Source: Spirochaetaceae bacterium UBA1318 (GTDB lineage: Bacteria; Spirochaetota; Spirochaetia; Treponematales; UBA1318). Taken from it: a stretch of 49,726 nt of DNA. The notes under the pieces were generated by a model. That model searched no databases. It was not told the origin of the DNA and was given only the letters and a program-made list of their open reading frames with translations. The DNA lies in assembly GCA_002307015.1 (NCBI GenBank), contig DBTK01000115.1, positions 675 to 50,400 of the forward strand, in the 5' to 3' direction. Positions 18,339-26,943 of the stretch are shown here, in pieces (position 1 is the stretch's first letter; every line of letters begins with the position of its first letter). Position numbers and translations under genes: made by a program.

Positions 18339-19901
18339 GTGAACCTAAAGCGATCGAGCGGCATTCTTCTCCATCCGACCTCCCTTCCCGGGCCCTACGG
18401 CATCGGTTCCCTGGATTCGCGCGCCTACGGCTTCGTCGACTGGCTCGCCTCGGCTGGACAGGGACTCTGGCAGGTCCTTCCCCTCGGGCCCACGGGCTAC
18501 GGGGACTCGCCCTATGCCTCCTTCTCGTCGTTCGCGGGAAATCCCCTCCTCATCGACCTCGAGGCCCTTCGCCGCGACGGGTTCGTTTCGGCCGAGGAAC
18601 TGTCGTCCTCGCCCGCCTTTCCCTCAGGTTCGGTGGATTACGGCTGGGCGATATCCTGGAAGCTCCCCCTGCTCGAACGAGCCGCCAACCGCTTTCTCGA
18701 CGGGGCTTCGCCCGACCTCCTTGATGATTTCGACAAATTCCGCGCCCGCGAGGCCGACTGGCTCGAGGACTTCGCCCTTTTCATGAGCATCAAGTCCTTC
18801 TACGACATCAAGGCGAGGAACGAGGGCGTCGGCGGGGCGATGTGGTCCAACTACTGGCCCTCGGGTCTCGCCCTTCGCGATCCCGGCAGCCTCGCCTCCT
18901 GGAAGCGGGATCACGGGCGGGAGATCGCGATCCACGAGGTTCTCCAGTTCTGGTTCTACACCCAGTGGCTCATGCTCAAGGCCTACGCGAACCGAAAGGG
19001 CGTCGAGATCATCGGCGACATTCCGATATTCGTCGCTTCCGATTCGGCCGACGTGTGGTCCCACCGGGAGCTTTTCATGCTCGACAAGCGGGGGCAGCCG
19101 AAGGCCGTCGCGGGGGTGCCTCCCGATTACTTCAGCCCGACCGGCCAGCTCTGGGGGAATCCCCTCTACGACTGGAAGGCCATGGCCGCCGACGGCTATT
19201 CCTGGTGGATGCGCCGCATCCGATCGACCCTCGCCCTGGTGGACTGGATTCGGATCGACCACTTCCGCGGCTTCGAGGCCTTCTGGGCCGTTCCGTCGGG
19301 AAGCGCGACGGCCGAAAACGGCAAATGGACGAAGGGGCCGGGAGCCCGCTTCTTTTCAGCCCTCCGCTCGGCGCTTGGGGAACTGCCCATCCTGGCCGAG
19401 GATCTCGGGCTCATCACCGACGAGGTCCGCGCCTTGAGGGACGAGTTCGCCCTTCCCGGCATGAAGATACTGCAGTTCGCCTTCGACGCGCGCGAGGGTG
19501 GGAAGGGGCTGGACGTCGAGAACGGCTTCCTTCCCCACAACTACGTACCGAACTGCGTCGTCTATACCGGAAGCCACGACAACGACACGATGAAGGGATG
19601 GCTTGAAAAGGCGAGCCCCGCCGAGCTCGATTTCGTGAAGCGCTACATCGGCCACGAGACCGACGACCTGACCGGAGCCCTGATGACGGCCGCCCTCGCC
19701 TCGGTAGCGGCCTTCGCCGTGTTTCCCATGCAGGATGCCCTGAGGCTCGGCTCGGAGGCGAGGATGAACACCCCATCGACGATGGGCTGCAATTGGATGT
19801 GGAGGATGGGCGAGGGGGCCGCTTCGGCGGGGTTGGCCACGTGGCTTTCGGATACCTCGATGATCTATGGCCGGAACCTCGCGCGGCGAACCGGCGCTTG
19901 A
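18339..19901 (+). CDS. malQ: 4-alpha-glucanotransferase (amylomaltase, GH77)
   Basis: GILLHPTSLP, WQVLPLGP, GVPPDYFS..GQLWGNP, RIDHFRG, AEDLG, GSHDNDT. Confidence 0.96.
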   Translation: MNLKRSSGILLHPTSLPGPYGIGSLDSRAYGFVDWLASAGQGLWQVLPLGPTGYGDSPYASFSSFAGNPLLIDLEALRRDGFVSAEELSSSPAFPSGSVDYGWAISWKLPLLERAANRFLDGASPDLLDDFDKFRAREADWLEDFALFMSIKSFYDIKARNEGVGGAMWSNYWPSGLALRDPGSLASWKRDHGREIAIHEVLQFWFYTQWLMLKAYANRKGVEIIGDIPIFVASDSADVWSHRELFMLDKRGQPKAVAGVPPDYFSPTGQLWGNPLYDWKAMAADGYSWWMRRIRSTLALVDWIRIDHFRGFEAFWAVPSGSATAENGKWTKGPGARFFSALRSALGELPILAEDLGLITDEVRALRDEFALPGMKILQFAFDAREGGKGLDVENGFLPHNYVPNCVVYTGSHDNDTMKGWLEKASPAELDFVKRYIGHETDDLTGALMTAALASVAAFAVFPMQDALRLGSEARMNTPSTMGCNWMWRMGEGAASAGLATWLSDTSMIYGRNLARRTGA

Positions 19902-19927
19902 CAGGGCCGGTGGAGATAATTTATATT
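19898..19927 (+). promoter_or_regulatory. sigma70-type promoter of the decarboxylase gene
   Basis: TTGACA-18 bp-TATATT. Confidence 0.6.
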
Positions 19928-19987
19928 TCCACCGTTTCTTAAGAACCGCCGGTTAACTTCCGAGCTTCCCACCAGCGCGAGGTGCCC

Positions 19988-21160
19988 ATGACTTCCTCCT
20001 ATGCCTTTCCCCTCGAACGTTTCTGCGATGGCGAGCGCTTCGAGAAAATCCGTCGATTTTCAAACGCCAAAGAGACCCCCTTCCTCCTGATCGAACCAGC
20101 CCTCGTCGGGGACAAGTACCGTGAGCTGAAGGAGAACCTTCCGTTCGCGACCATCTATTACGCGATGAAGGCCAATCCGACGAACGAGATCCTCGCCCTG
20201 CTTCGCGAACTTGGTTCGAACTTCGACGTGGCCACCCGATACGAGCTCGACCAGCTTCTCTCCCTCGGCGTGAGCCCCGAGCGCATGAGCTTCGGCAACA
20301 CGATCAAGAAGGAAGCGGACATAGCCTATTTCCGTTCGAAGGGGATCGGTCTCTTCGTGACCGATTCGATGGAGGATGTCGAGAAGATCGCGCGGGCCGC
20401 TCCGGGAGCCAAGGTCTTCTTTCGCGTGCTGACGGAGGGTTCGGGGGCCGACTGGCCCCTGTCCAGGAAATTCGGTGCATCCCCCGATGTCCTGCTTGCC
20501 GTCATGCTGAGGGCGAGGGAGCTGGGGCTCGTGCCGTGGGGGGTGAGTTTTCACGTCGGCTCTCAGCAGCGGGACATCAAGCAGTGGGACGCCGCGCTCT
20601 CAAGCGTGAAGGGGCTTTTCGATCGGGCCAAGGCCGAGGGAATCGTCCTTTCGATGATCAATCTCGGCGGGGGCCTTCCCGCCAACTATATCGAACCGAC
20701 TCAAGGCATCGCCGAGTACGCGGCGACGATAACCGGCTACCTCCACAAGTATTTCGGCAAGACCCTTCCGGAGATCATCATCGAACCGGGACGTTCCATC
20801 GCGGCGGATTCGGGCATAATCGTCGCCGAGATCGTCCTCATCTCGAAAAAGACCTGCGACGCGGCCAATCGCTGGGTCTACCTGGATGTCGGGAAATTCG
20901 GCGGATTGATCGAAACCCTCGACGAGGCCCTCCACTATCCCGTCTGCTTCACGGCCGAGGGGCCCCAGGAGGAGGTGATCATCGCCGGTCCTACCTGCGA
21001 CAGCATGGACATCCTCTACGAGAGCCGGAAGTACCCGATGCCCTCGACGGCGGCCATCGGCGACAGGGTCTACATCTTCACCACCGGCGCCTATACCCAG
21101 AGCTACAGCTCGGTCTACTTCAACGGATTCCCGCCGCTCAAGTCCTACATCCTCGAATAG
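19988..21160 (+). CDS. Type III PLP-dependent ornithine/lysine decarboxylase
   Basis: YYAMKAN (PLP lysine), FDVAT, SRKFGA, SFHVGSQ, NLGGG, EPGR, GPTCDSMD, GAYT. ATG 19988 follows GAGG. Confidence 0.92.
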   Translation: MTSSYAFPLERFCDGERFEKIRRFSNAKETPFLLIEPALVGDKYRELKENLPFATIYYAMKANPTNEILALLRELGSNFDVATRYELDQLLSLGVSPERMSFGNTIKKEADIAYFRSKGIGLFVTDSMEDVEKIARAAPGAKVFFRVLTEGSGADWPLSRKFGASPDVLLAVMLRARELGLVPWGVSFHVGSQQRDIKQWDAALSSVKGLFDRAKAEGIVLSMINLGGGLPANYIEPTQGIAEYAATITGYLHKYFGKTLPEIIIEPGRSIAADSGIIVAEIVLISKKTCDAANRWVYLDVGKFGGLIETLDEALHYPVCFTAEGPQEEVIIAGPTCDSMDILYESRKYPMPSTAAIGDRVYIFTTGAYTQSYSSVYFNGFPPLKSYILE

Positions 21161-21164
21161 CCGA

Positions 21165-21188
21165 CCCCGGTCGTCGGAAGGACCGGGG
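21165..21188. terminator. Hairpin between the convergent decarboxylase and rlpA genes
   Basis: CCCCGGTC...GACCGGGG inverted repeat; no clear T-tract. Confidence 0.45.
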
Positions 21189-21203
21189 CGTCCGGCGACC
21201 CGG

Positions 21204-22199
21204 TCAGTTCTTTCGAACCAGCGGGGCGGAAAACCCGAGATCGGTCAGCTTTTCCTTCGTGCGCTCGATGTCGCCCGATTGCACGTTCCTCAGCACGACC
21301 CTGACGACGTGGTCGGCCGTCTCGTATACGGGTTTGAAGCCTGCCCCTTCGAGCCGTCGGTAGACCGCTGCGGCGTTCTCGGGTTTCGCGAACGAGGCGA
21401 CCTGGACCGTAAAACCCGCCTGGGGGGCGACGACAATGGCAGGGGGCATCGCGGCTGCCGTCTCCGGCCTTGTGGTCTGCGCCGACTGGAGTGTCGATAC
21501 CTGGGGCGGTTCCTCCGCCGGCCGCGAAGTCGCCGCCGGTTGTGCGACGGCAGCCGGTTTCGAGGCCTGAGGCGCGGAGCGCGAAGCTGCCGCCGGTTGC
21601 GAAGCCGCCGCCGGCTTCTGGGCCGGTGAGGGGCGGGACGCCTCGACCAGGGCCGGTTTCTCGACGGGCCTCGCCGGGCTTGGCGGCGTCGCTGAGGCAG
21701 GGGCGGTCGCCGGTCGCGGAGCCACCGCCGGTTGCGGAGCTACCGCCGGTTGCGGCGATGCCGAGGTGGCGGCGATCATGGCGTTCGTGGCGTCGTCGGT
21801 CTGGATCGCCCCCGAAGCGGGATCCAGAACCTTCGAATCCGCGGGTGCGAGGGCCTCGAGGCTCGAGATCCTGACATGGGCAGTCCCCGAAATCGTGAGC
21901 CCGATCCGGTCGGCAGCAGCCTCGGAGAGGTCGATCACCCGGCCCGAAACGTAGGGTCCGCGGTCGTTGATGCGTACGATGACCGACCTTCCGTTGTCGA
22001 GGTTGGTGATCCTGACCTGGGTATTGAACGGCAGGCTCAGATGGGCCGCGGTAAATCCATGGATATCGAAGACCTCGCCGTTGGCGGTGGGGCGGCCGGA
22101 AAACTCGGGGCCGTACCATGACGCGACACCCTCCTGCTCGAATGCCTGGAGCAGGGCGGAAATGCCGATCAGGAAAAGAATAGCGCACAACCTTTTCAT
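21204..22199 (-). CDS. rlpA: Septal ring lytic transglycosylase RlpA family (DPBB, Pro/Ala linker, SPOR)
   Basis: Signal peptide, GVASWYG, TANGE, TAAH..LPF, RINDRGP...RVIDLS. C-terminal SPOR VQVASF..ENA. Confidence 0.92.
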   Translation of the reverse strand: MKRLCAILFLIGISALLQAFEQEGVASWYGPEFSGRPTANGEVFDIHGFTAAHLSLPFNTQVRITNLDNGRSVIVRINDRGPYVSGRVIDLSEAAADRIGLTISGTAHVRISSLEALAPADSKVLDPASGAIQTDDATNAMIAATSASPQPAVAPQPAVAPRPATAPASATPPSPARPVEKPALVEASRPSPAQKPAAASQPAAASRSAPQASKPAAVAQPAATSRPAEEPPQVSTLQSAQTTRPETAAAMPPAIVVAPQAGFTVQVASFAKPENAAAVYRRLEGAGFKPVYETADHVVRVVLRNVQSGDIERTKEKLTDLGFSAPLVRKN

Positions 22200-22355
22200 A
22201 CTATCGTTATCGGAGAACTCACCCCCTTCCTCAAGGTTCGGGTTGGAAATATCGATTGTCATTTTCGCGAAACTACGGTATTCTGTCCTGATTTCAGAAG
22301 TCGGCTTCTTTTGAAATGAGATCGAAATCTTTCCGGTCGAGGCGGGGACGTTATC

Positions 22356-24821
22356 ATGAAATACGCTATAGCCCGGTACCTGGCGAACGTTCGCGGGATG
22401 ATGCAGTATCGAAAAAAAACCATCCGTCGCCTTAAAAGTTCCGGCCTCTACAAGAAAATCCCCACCTACGTCCCGATCGACAAGGTTCGTTTCGACCGGC
22501 AGGACGTCAGCACCCTCTATTTCCTCGACCAGGCGGGGCGATCGGTCATGGTCAGCGTCCTCGAGCGGGATGTCGTCAGGGTCTCGGCCTTCTCCGAGAA
22601 CATCCCCCGGCTCGACCGCACCTGGATCGCCGCGGCGAAGGACGGCTCCGTGCCTCCCGAGGGCAGGGACAGGGCCGACCTCTCGCCCTTCAGCCTCCCT
22701 TCATTCGTGACGGAGGACCTCAAGGATGCCGTCTCGGTCGACACGGGGATCATCCGGATCGTCATAACCCTCGCACCCTTCTCGATCACCTTCATGGATT
22801 CGGGCGGAGCCTCGTTCGCGGCCGACCTGCCCGCCGGTGCCTATTCGTCCTCGGGGGACTCCCGCCGCATACGGCACTCGATGAGAAAGCTTCCCGGCTC
22901 CTGCTACTACGGCTTCGGGGAAACCTCGGGGCGATTGGAGAAGTCGGGGAGGAAGGTCGTCCTCGAGCCGATGGACGCGATGGGCTACGATGCCCGGACC
23001 CGGGATCCCCTCTACACGGCCATTCCCTACTACCTCGCCTACGAGCCCGCTTCGGGCACGGCCTACGGCGTCCTTTACGACAACCTCTCGGTCACCGAAT
23101 TCGACATCGGGAAGACTGATCCCGCCGCCGTTTCCTGCCAGGCCGACGACGGCGACCTCGACTACTACCTGATTTTCGGTCCCTCGCCCGACGAGGTTGC
23201 GGTCAAGTACTCCCGGCTTACCGGCAGGCCGAGCCTCCCGCCCCGCTACAGCCTCGGCTACCTCGCCTCGGGCATGGCCTACGCCGATTCCCCCGAGGCC
23301 CAGGCTCAGTTCGCCAGATTCATCGATTGCTGCAAGAAATTCGATGTTCCCTGCAGCCTCTTTCACCTCTGTTCCGGCGTGACGACGGGGGATGACGGGA
23401 AACGCTACGTATTCACCTGGAACCGGAAGCGGGTACCCGACCCGAATCGCCTCGCCGCGGATTTTCGCGAGGCCGGGATGAGGCTCGCCGCGAACCTGAA
23501 GCCCGTCCTCTCCGCCAGTCATCCCGAGTTCGAGAGCGCGAAAAAGCAGGGGCTCCTGATCAGGGAATCGAGGACGGATTCTCCCCTGGTCGCCCCGTTC
23601 TGGGGCGGGCCAACCTCGTTTCTCGACTTCACGAATCCCCTCACCAGGGTCTGGTGGAAGAAGAACCTCAAGGAGAAAATCCTTTCGGCCGGGATCGAGG
23701 TTTCATGGAACGACGGCAACGAATTCGAGATCGGGGATGAGAACGCACGCTGCGAGGGGTTCGGGCGGCGCATGGCCATTTCCCAGGCCCGTCCCCTCCA
23801 GGCCCTGCTGATGGTCCAGGCCTCGGTGGAGGCCCAGACCGAGTTCGCCCCCGGCAAGCGGCCCTTCGCCGTCAGCCGCTCGGCCTGCCCGGGCATGCAG
23901 CGCTACGCCCAGGTCTGGACGGGCGACAACCTGGTTTCCTGGAATTCCCTCAAGTTCGGCATCCCCCTTGGCCTGGGCCTGAGCGTTTCGGGCATACCGA
24001 ACTTCGGCCACGACGCGGGCGGTTTCTGGGGATACCGGCCGAGCCCCGAGCTTTTCATCCGATGGCTCCAGAGCTGCGTCCTGCTCCCGCGTTTCTGCAT
24101 CAATTCCTGGCATATCGACAAGTCTGTCAACGAGCCCTGGATGTTCCCGAAGCACCTGGACCTCGTGAGGAACATCATCCGGTTCCGGTACCGGATCGCT
24201 CCCTACCTCTACTCCCTCATGTTCGATTCCTCGCTGACCGGCCGGCCCCCCGTAAGGCCGATGTTCTACCGGTTCCCTGAGGACGAGCGATGCCGGCTCG
24301 AGTCCTTCGATTTCATGATCGGCTCGAAGCTCCTCGTCGCTCCCGTCTTCAACAAGGGGGAGAGGGCCCGATCCCTCTACCTCCCCGGCGAGGAGAAATG
24401 GGTCGATTTCCATACGGGGGACTATTTCTCCCCGGGCCAGACGGTCACCGTCGACGCGCCCCTCGACCGGGCCCCGATGCTCGTCCAGGAGGGCGGCATC
24501 ATTCCGCTCGCGAAGGAGGCCCGCTCCGGCAAGCCCGACGCCGACGATTACCGCGAGGTCCGCGTCTTCCCCCATCTCCTGGAGGGAACGGGGACCTTCA
24601 CCTTCTACGAGGACGACGGCGAGAGCCTCGATTACCAGAAGGGCGGCTACGCCTGCGTGATCCTGACGGTGAGGTCGTTCAAGGACCATATCGAGGTCGA
24701 GGCGAGGAAGGACGGCGATTTTCCCCTCCCGTACCGGGAGATCGTCTGCGTTCTTCCCCAGGGAGAGAAAAGGCCGGCCGTCTTTTCGGGGTCGGTAAAG
24801 CTGAGCCTGGCCGGGCACTAA
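22356..24821 (+). CDS. Glycoside hydrolase family 31 (alpha-glucosidase/xylosidase-like)
   Basis: DAMGYD..DPLY..IPY, nucleophile region WNDGNE, WTGDN, GHDAGGF, PELFIRW, YEDDG. Confidence 0.9.
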   Translation: MKYAIARYLANVRGMMQYRKKTIRRLKSSGLYKKIPTYVPIDKVRFDRQDVSTLYFLDQAGRSVMVSVLERDVVRVSAFSENIPRLDRTWIAAAKDGSVPPEGRDRADLSPFSLPSFVTEDLKDAVSVDTGIIRIVITLAPFSITFMDSGGASFAADLPAGAYSSSGDSRRIRHSMRKLPGSCYYGFGETSGRLEKSGRKVVLEPMDAMGYDARTRDPLYTAIPYYLAYEPASGTAYGVLYDNLSVTEFDIGKTDPAAVSCQADDGDLDYYLIFGPSPDEVAVKYSRLTGRPSLPPRYSLGYLASGMAYADSPEAQAQFARFIDCCKKFDVPCSLFHLCSGVTTGDDGKRYVFTWNRKRVPDPNRLAADFREAGMRLAANLKPVLSASHPEFESAKKQGLLIRESRTDSPLVAPFWGGPTSFLDFTNPLTRVWWKKNLKEKILSAGIEVSWNDGNEFEIGDENARCEGFGRRMAISQARPLQALLMVQASVEAQTEFAPGKRPFAVSRSACPGMQRYAQVWTGDNLVSWNSLKFGIPLGLGLSVSGIPNFGHDAGGFWGYRPSPELFIRWLQSCVLLPRFCINSWHIDKSVNEPWMFPKHLDLVRNIIRFRYRIAPYLYSLMFDSSLTGRPPVRPMFYRFPEDERCRLESFDFMIGSKLLVAPVFNKGERARSLYLPGEEKWVDFHTGDYFSPGQTVTVDAPLDRAPMLVQEGGIIPLAKEARSGKPDADDYREVRVFPHLLEGTGTFTFYEDDGESLDYQKGGYACVILTVRSFKDHIEVEARKDGDFPLPYREIVCVLPQGEKRPAVFSGSVKLSLAGH

Positions 24822-24847
24822 CCGGTCGGCCGGAGTCAGGGAGGGCC

Positions 24848-25285
24848 ATGAAGCTTCGAGATCTTCTCGACCTCCGGTCGAGCGGCGACCGGAACCGCGA
24901 AAAAATCGACGAGGCCGCCGAGATGAGGAAGAGGCTGTCCTTTCTCCGGATTGCCGATGCAGGGGTCGCCGAAGCGGTTTCGTATTTCTCCCTCGTCGCG
25001 GGGGAGTACATCGAAGGCTGCCGGGCGGCCGGCCTCTACGACCCGGTCGCGAACGACGCCTTCAGGGACAGCCTCGAGGTGGTGACCGCCTATCTCCGCG
25101 AACTGGACAGGGAATCGACCGAAAAACGCTTCAATGACAAGGCCGAAAAGCCCGAGGCCGGATTCGGCGCTCGGGTCGTCCTCGCCCTGAAGGAGAATGC
25201 CAGGATCGTCAGGGAAAGGCTCGCGACGATCTCGGGGGAACTCTCCCCGGCCGATACCCTCGACATCAGGGAGGAGCTGAAATGA
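24848..25285 (+). CDS. Hypothetical helical protein (145 aa), first gene of the Cys-repeat/radical SAM cassette
   Basis: GGGAGG RBS before ATG 24848 (MKLRDLLDLR...). ATGA overlap with the next gene. The 5' part of the ORF-track call overlaps GH31 and is spurious. Confidence 0.75.
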   Translation: MKLRDLLDLRSSGDRNREKIDEAAEMRKRLSFLRIADAGVAEAVSYFSLVAGEYIEGCRAAGLYDPVANDAFRDSLEVVTAYLRELDRESTEKRFNDKAEKPEAGFGARVVLALKENARIVRERLATISGELSPADTLDIREELK

Positions 25286-26943
25286 GCGTTCGACGAATCC
25301 TCACCCTCATCCTCGTTTTTCTCCCTGTCCTGGCGTGGGCGACCACCCTCGATTCGGTCGAAACGACGGTGACGCTCAGGCCTGACGGCAAGGCCGACGT
25401 CTACTACCGCGTCGAGTGGACAGCCTCCGGGATGCACGGCTTCTACTTCCAGGGCGAGGCCTACGATCCGGTCTTCGATCAGGCGACCTGTTACGCCGAC
25501 CTGCCGGGGAGCCGGCGGGTTCCTCTCTCGATCTCCAGGGTCGGGGAGGGGAAGTACGACGTCGTGCTCTCGGGAGGCAGGAGCTTTTCGGGCACGGCCT
25601 ACTACTTTCTGCATTACGCGGGGGATTTCGCCGCAGGGGGCCTGATCGGGACCACCCGTTCGGACGAAAAGGGCGAGCTTTTCTATTTCGACTGGGCCCC
25701 TGTCGACTGGGACTATCCCCTGGCCCACCGGACGACCTCGATCGTTCTTCCGCTTAAAATCGCGGGGGAGAAGGCCGACCAGGCCTACCTCGACTCGCTC
25801 GGCTTCATGACGGAAAAATCCGTGAACGCCGAAAACTCGATCGACAGCTACGGCTCGAAGGGATCGGACGGCGAGTACTACCTGACCCTCCGTTTCCATC
25901 AGGAAAATGTCGGGCAGGGATCGAGTCAGGCCCTCAAGTTCTACTTCCCGAAGGCGGCCCTTCCCCTGAACGCGTCCCTCGGGGAGAGGAAGGGCGATTC
26001 GTCCGCGATCTACGCTCAGGGGGAGACCGGCTCGTCCGAATCCCCCGGAACGGCCGAGCCGCCCGTTCCGCCGAAACCTCGCCTCGCCGACTCGACGGCC
26101 TTCCGTTTTGTCTTCGTCCTCGTCCTCCTCGGCGCCGCGGCCTTCCTCTATCTGAGGAAGCGCCGGATCTTCGAGAACGCCGTCGTCCGCATGGAGGGCC
26201 TCCAATGGGCGGGGGACAACTGGGCTCCTCCCCGCCTCGTCGTCGGAAGCTACGCCGTTCCGGGAAAGATCGCCCAGGATCTCCATCCGGCCGAGGTCGC
26301 CCTCCTCCTCGAACTGCCGCTCGCCCGTATCGTGGCCCTTCTCGTCGACGGCCTCGAGCGCCAGGGCATCGTCCGACTCGTCGAGGAGAATCCCCTCAGG
26401 ATAGAAACCCTGAGCGGCAAAAAGGCCGGAACGGCCTTCGAGGAGGCCTTCTTGGCCGCCTTCGATCCTGAGGGGAGGGTGCTGTCGGGCCTCATGGCGG
26501 ACTTTTTCGAGGGCATGATCAGGTCCCTCCAGGAAAAGATCTGGGATTGCGACCTCGACGCGACGAAGGCCTTTTACCGGAAAAAGCTCGCCGCCGAGGA
26601 AGGGGTCGCCGAGCCTCCTGCCGATCTCGACGAGGCCTCGCGCGCCCGGTGGCGGAACGAAGGCTTCTACTGGACCTCGTTCTACTACCTGGGCGCCCAC
26701 GACGCCTTCAGGGCGAACCTCGCCCTGCCGCCCGAGTTCTCGGGCGACTACGCCCGCTTCATGGCCTCGGCCTCCTGCTTTTCCGGGTGCTTTTCCCCCC
26801 AGGGGGGAGGAACCGGCGGGGCATGCTACTCGGCCTGCCACAACGCCTGTCATTCGGCCTGCCACCAGGCCTGCCATTCCGCGTGCCACTCGGCCTGTCA
26901 TTCCGCATGCCATTCGGCCTGCGTCTCGGGAAGCGCCCATTGA
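25282..26943 (+). CDS. DUF2207-like single-pass membrane protein with a C-terminal (ACHS)n Cys-rich repeat tail
   Basis: Signal peptide. DUF2207-like motifs (VTLRPDGKADV, FDWAPVDWDYP..IVLP, DLHPAEVALLLE, TAFEEAFL). One TM helix followed by RKRR. Tail CFSGCFS-GGGTGG-(ACxx)9-GSAH. Confidence 0.85.
   Translation: MSVRRILTLILVFLPVLAWATTLDSVETTVTLRPDGKADVYYRVEWTASGMHGFYFQGEAYDPVFDQATCYADLPGSRRVPLSISRVGEGKYDVVLSGGRSFSGTAYYFLHYAGDFAAGGLIGTTRSDEKGELFYFDWAPVDWDYPLAHRTTSIVLPLKIAGEKADQAYLDSLGFMTEKSVNAENSIDSYGSKGSDGEYYLTLRFHQENVGQGSSQALKFYFPKAALPLNASLGERKGDSSAIYAQGETGSSESPGTAEPPVPPKPRLADSTAFRFVFVLVLLGAAAFLYLRKRRIFENAVVRMEGLQWAGDNWAPPRLVVGSYAVPGKIAQDLHPAEVALLLELPLARIVALLVDGLERQGIVRLVEENPLRIETLSGKKAGTAFEEAFLAAFDPEGRVLSGLMADFFEGMIRSLQEKIWDCDLDATKAFYRKKLAAEEGVAEPPADLDEASRARWRNEGFYWTSFYYLGAHDAFRANLALPPEFSGDYARFMASASCFSGCFSPQGGGTGGACYSACHNACHSACHQACHSACHSACHSACHSACVSGSAH
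26821..26928 (+). repeat. Nine tandem 12-bp units encoding ACYS-ACHN-ACHS-ACHQ-ACHS-ACHS-ACHS-ACHS-ACVS
   Basis: Read directly from the sequence; the units differ at synonymous positions. Confidence 0.97.

Noticed and set aside
21540-21765. GCCGGTTGCG repeats in rlpA
   Set aside because: They encode an ordinary Pro/Ala/Gln linker between the DPBB and SPOR domains.
26821-26928. CRISPR array or DNA microsatellite
   Set aside because: The units are contiguous in-frame 12-mers with synonymous variation and no spacers, and there are no cas genes.
26547-26939. N-terminal extension of the radical SAM ORF in the track
   Set aside because: It overlaps the real upstream gene in another frame and is Arg/Gly/Leu-rich nonsense. 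The TTG at 26940 gives a coupled start.
26821-26943. Multiheme cytochrome c (CxxxCH motifs)
   Set aside because: The motifs overlap and share cysteines, are not CxxCH, and the tail is predicted to be cytoplasmic (after the TM helix and RKRR), where c-type heme is not attached.
26821-26943. His-Xaa-Ser radical SAM system precursor
   Set aside because: The period is 4 with invariant Cys and adjacent His-Ser, not a period-3 HxS repeat. Only one rSAM lies in the cassette.
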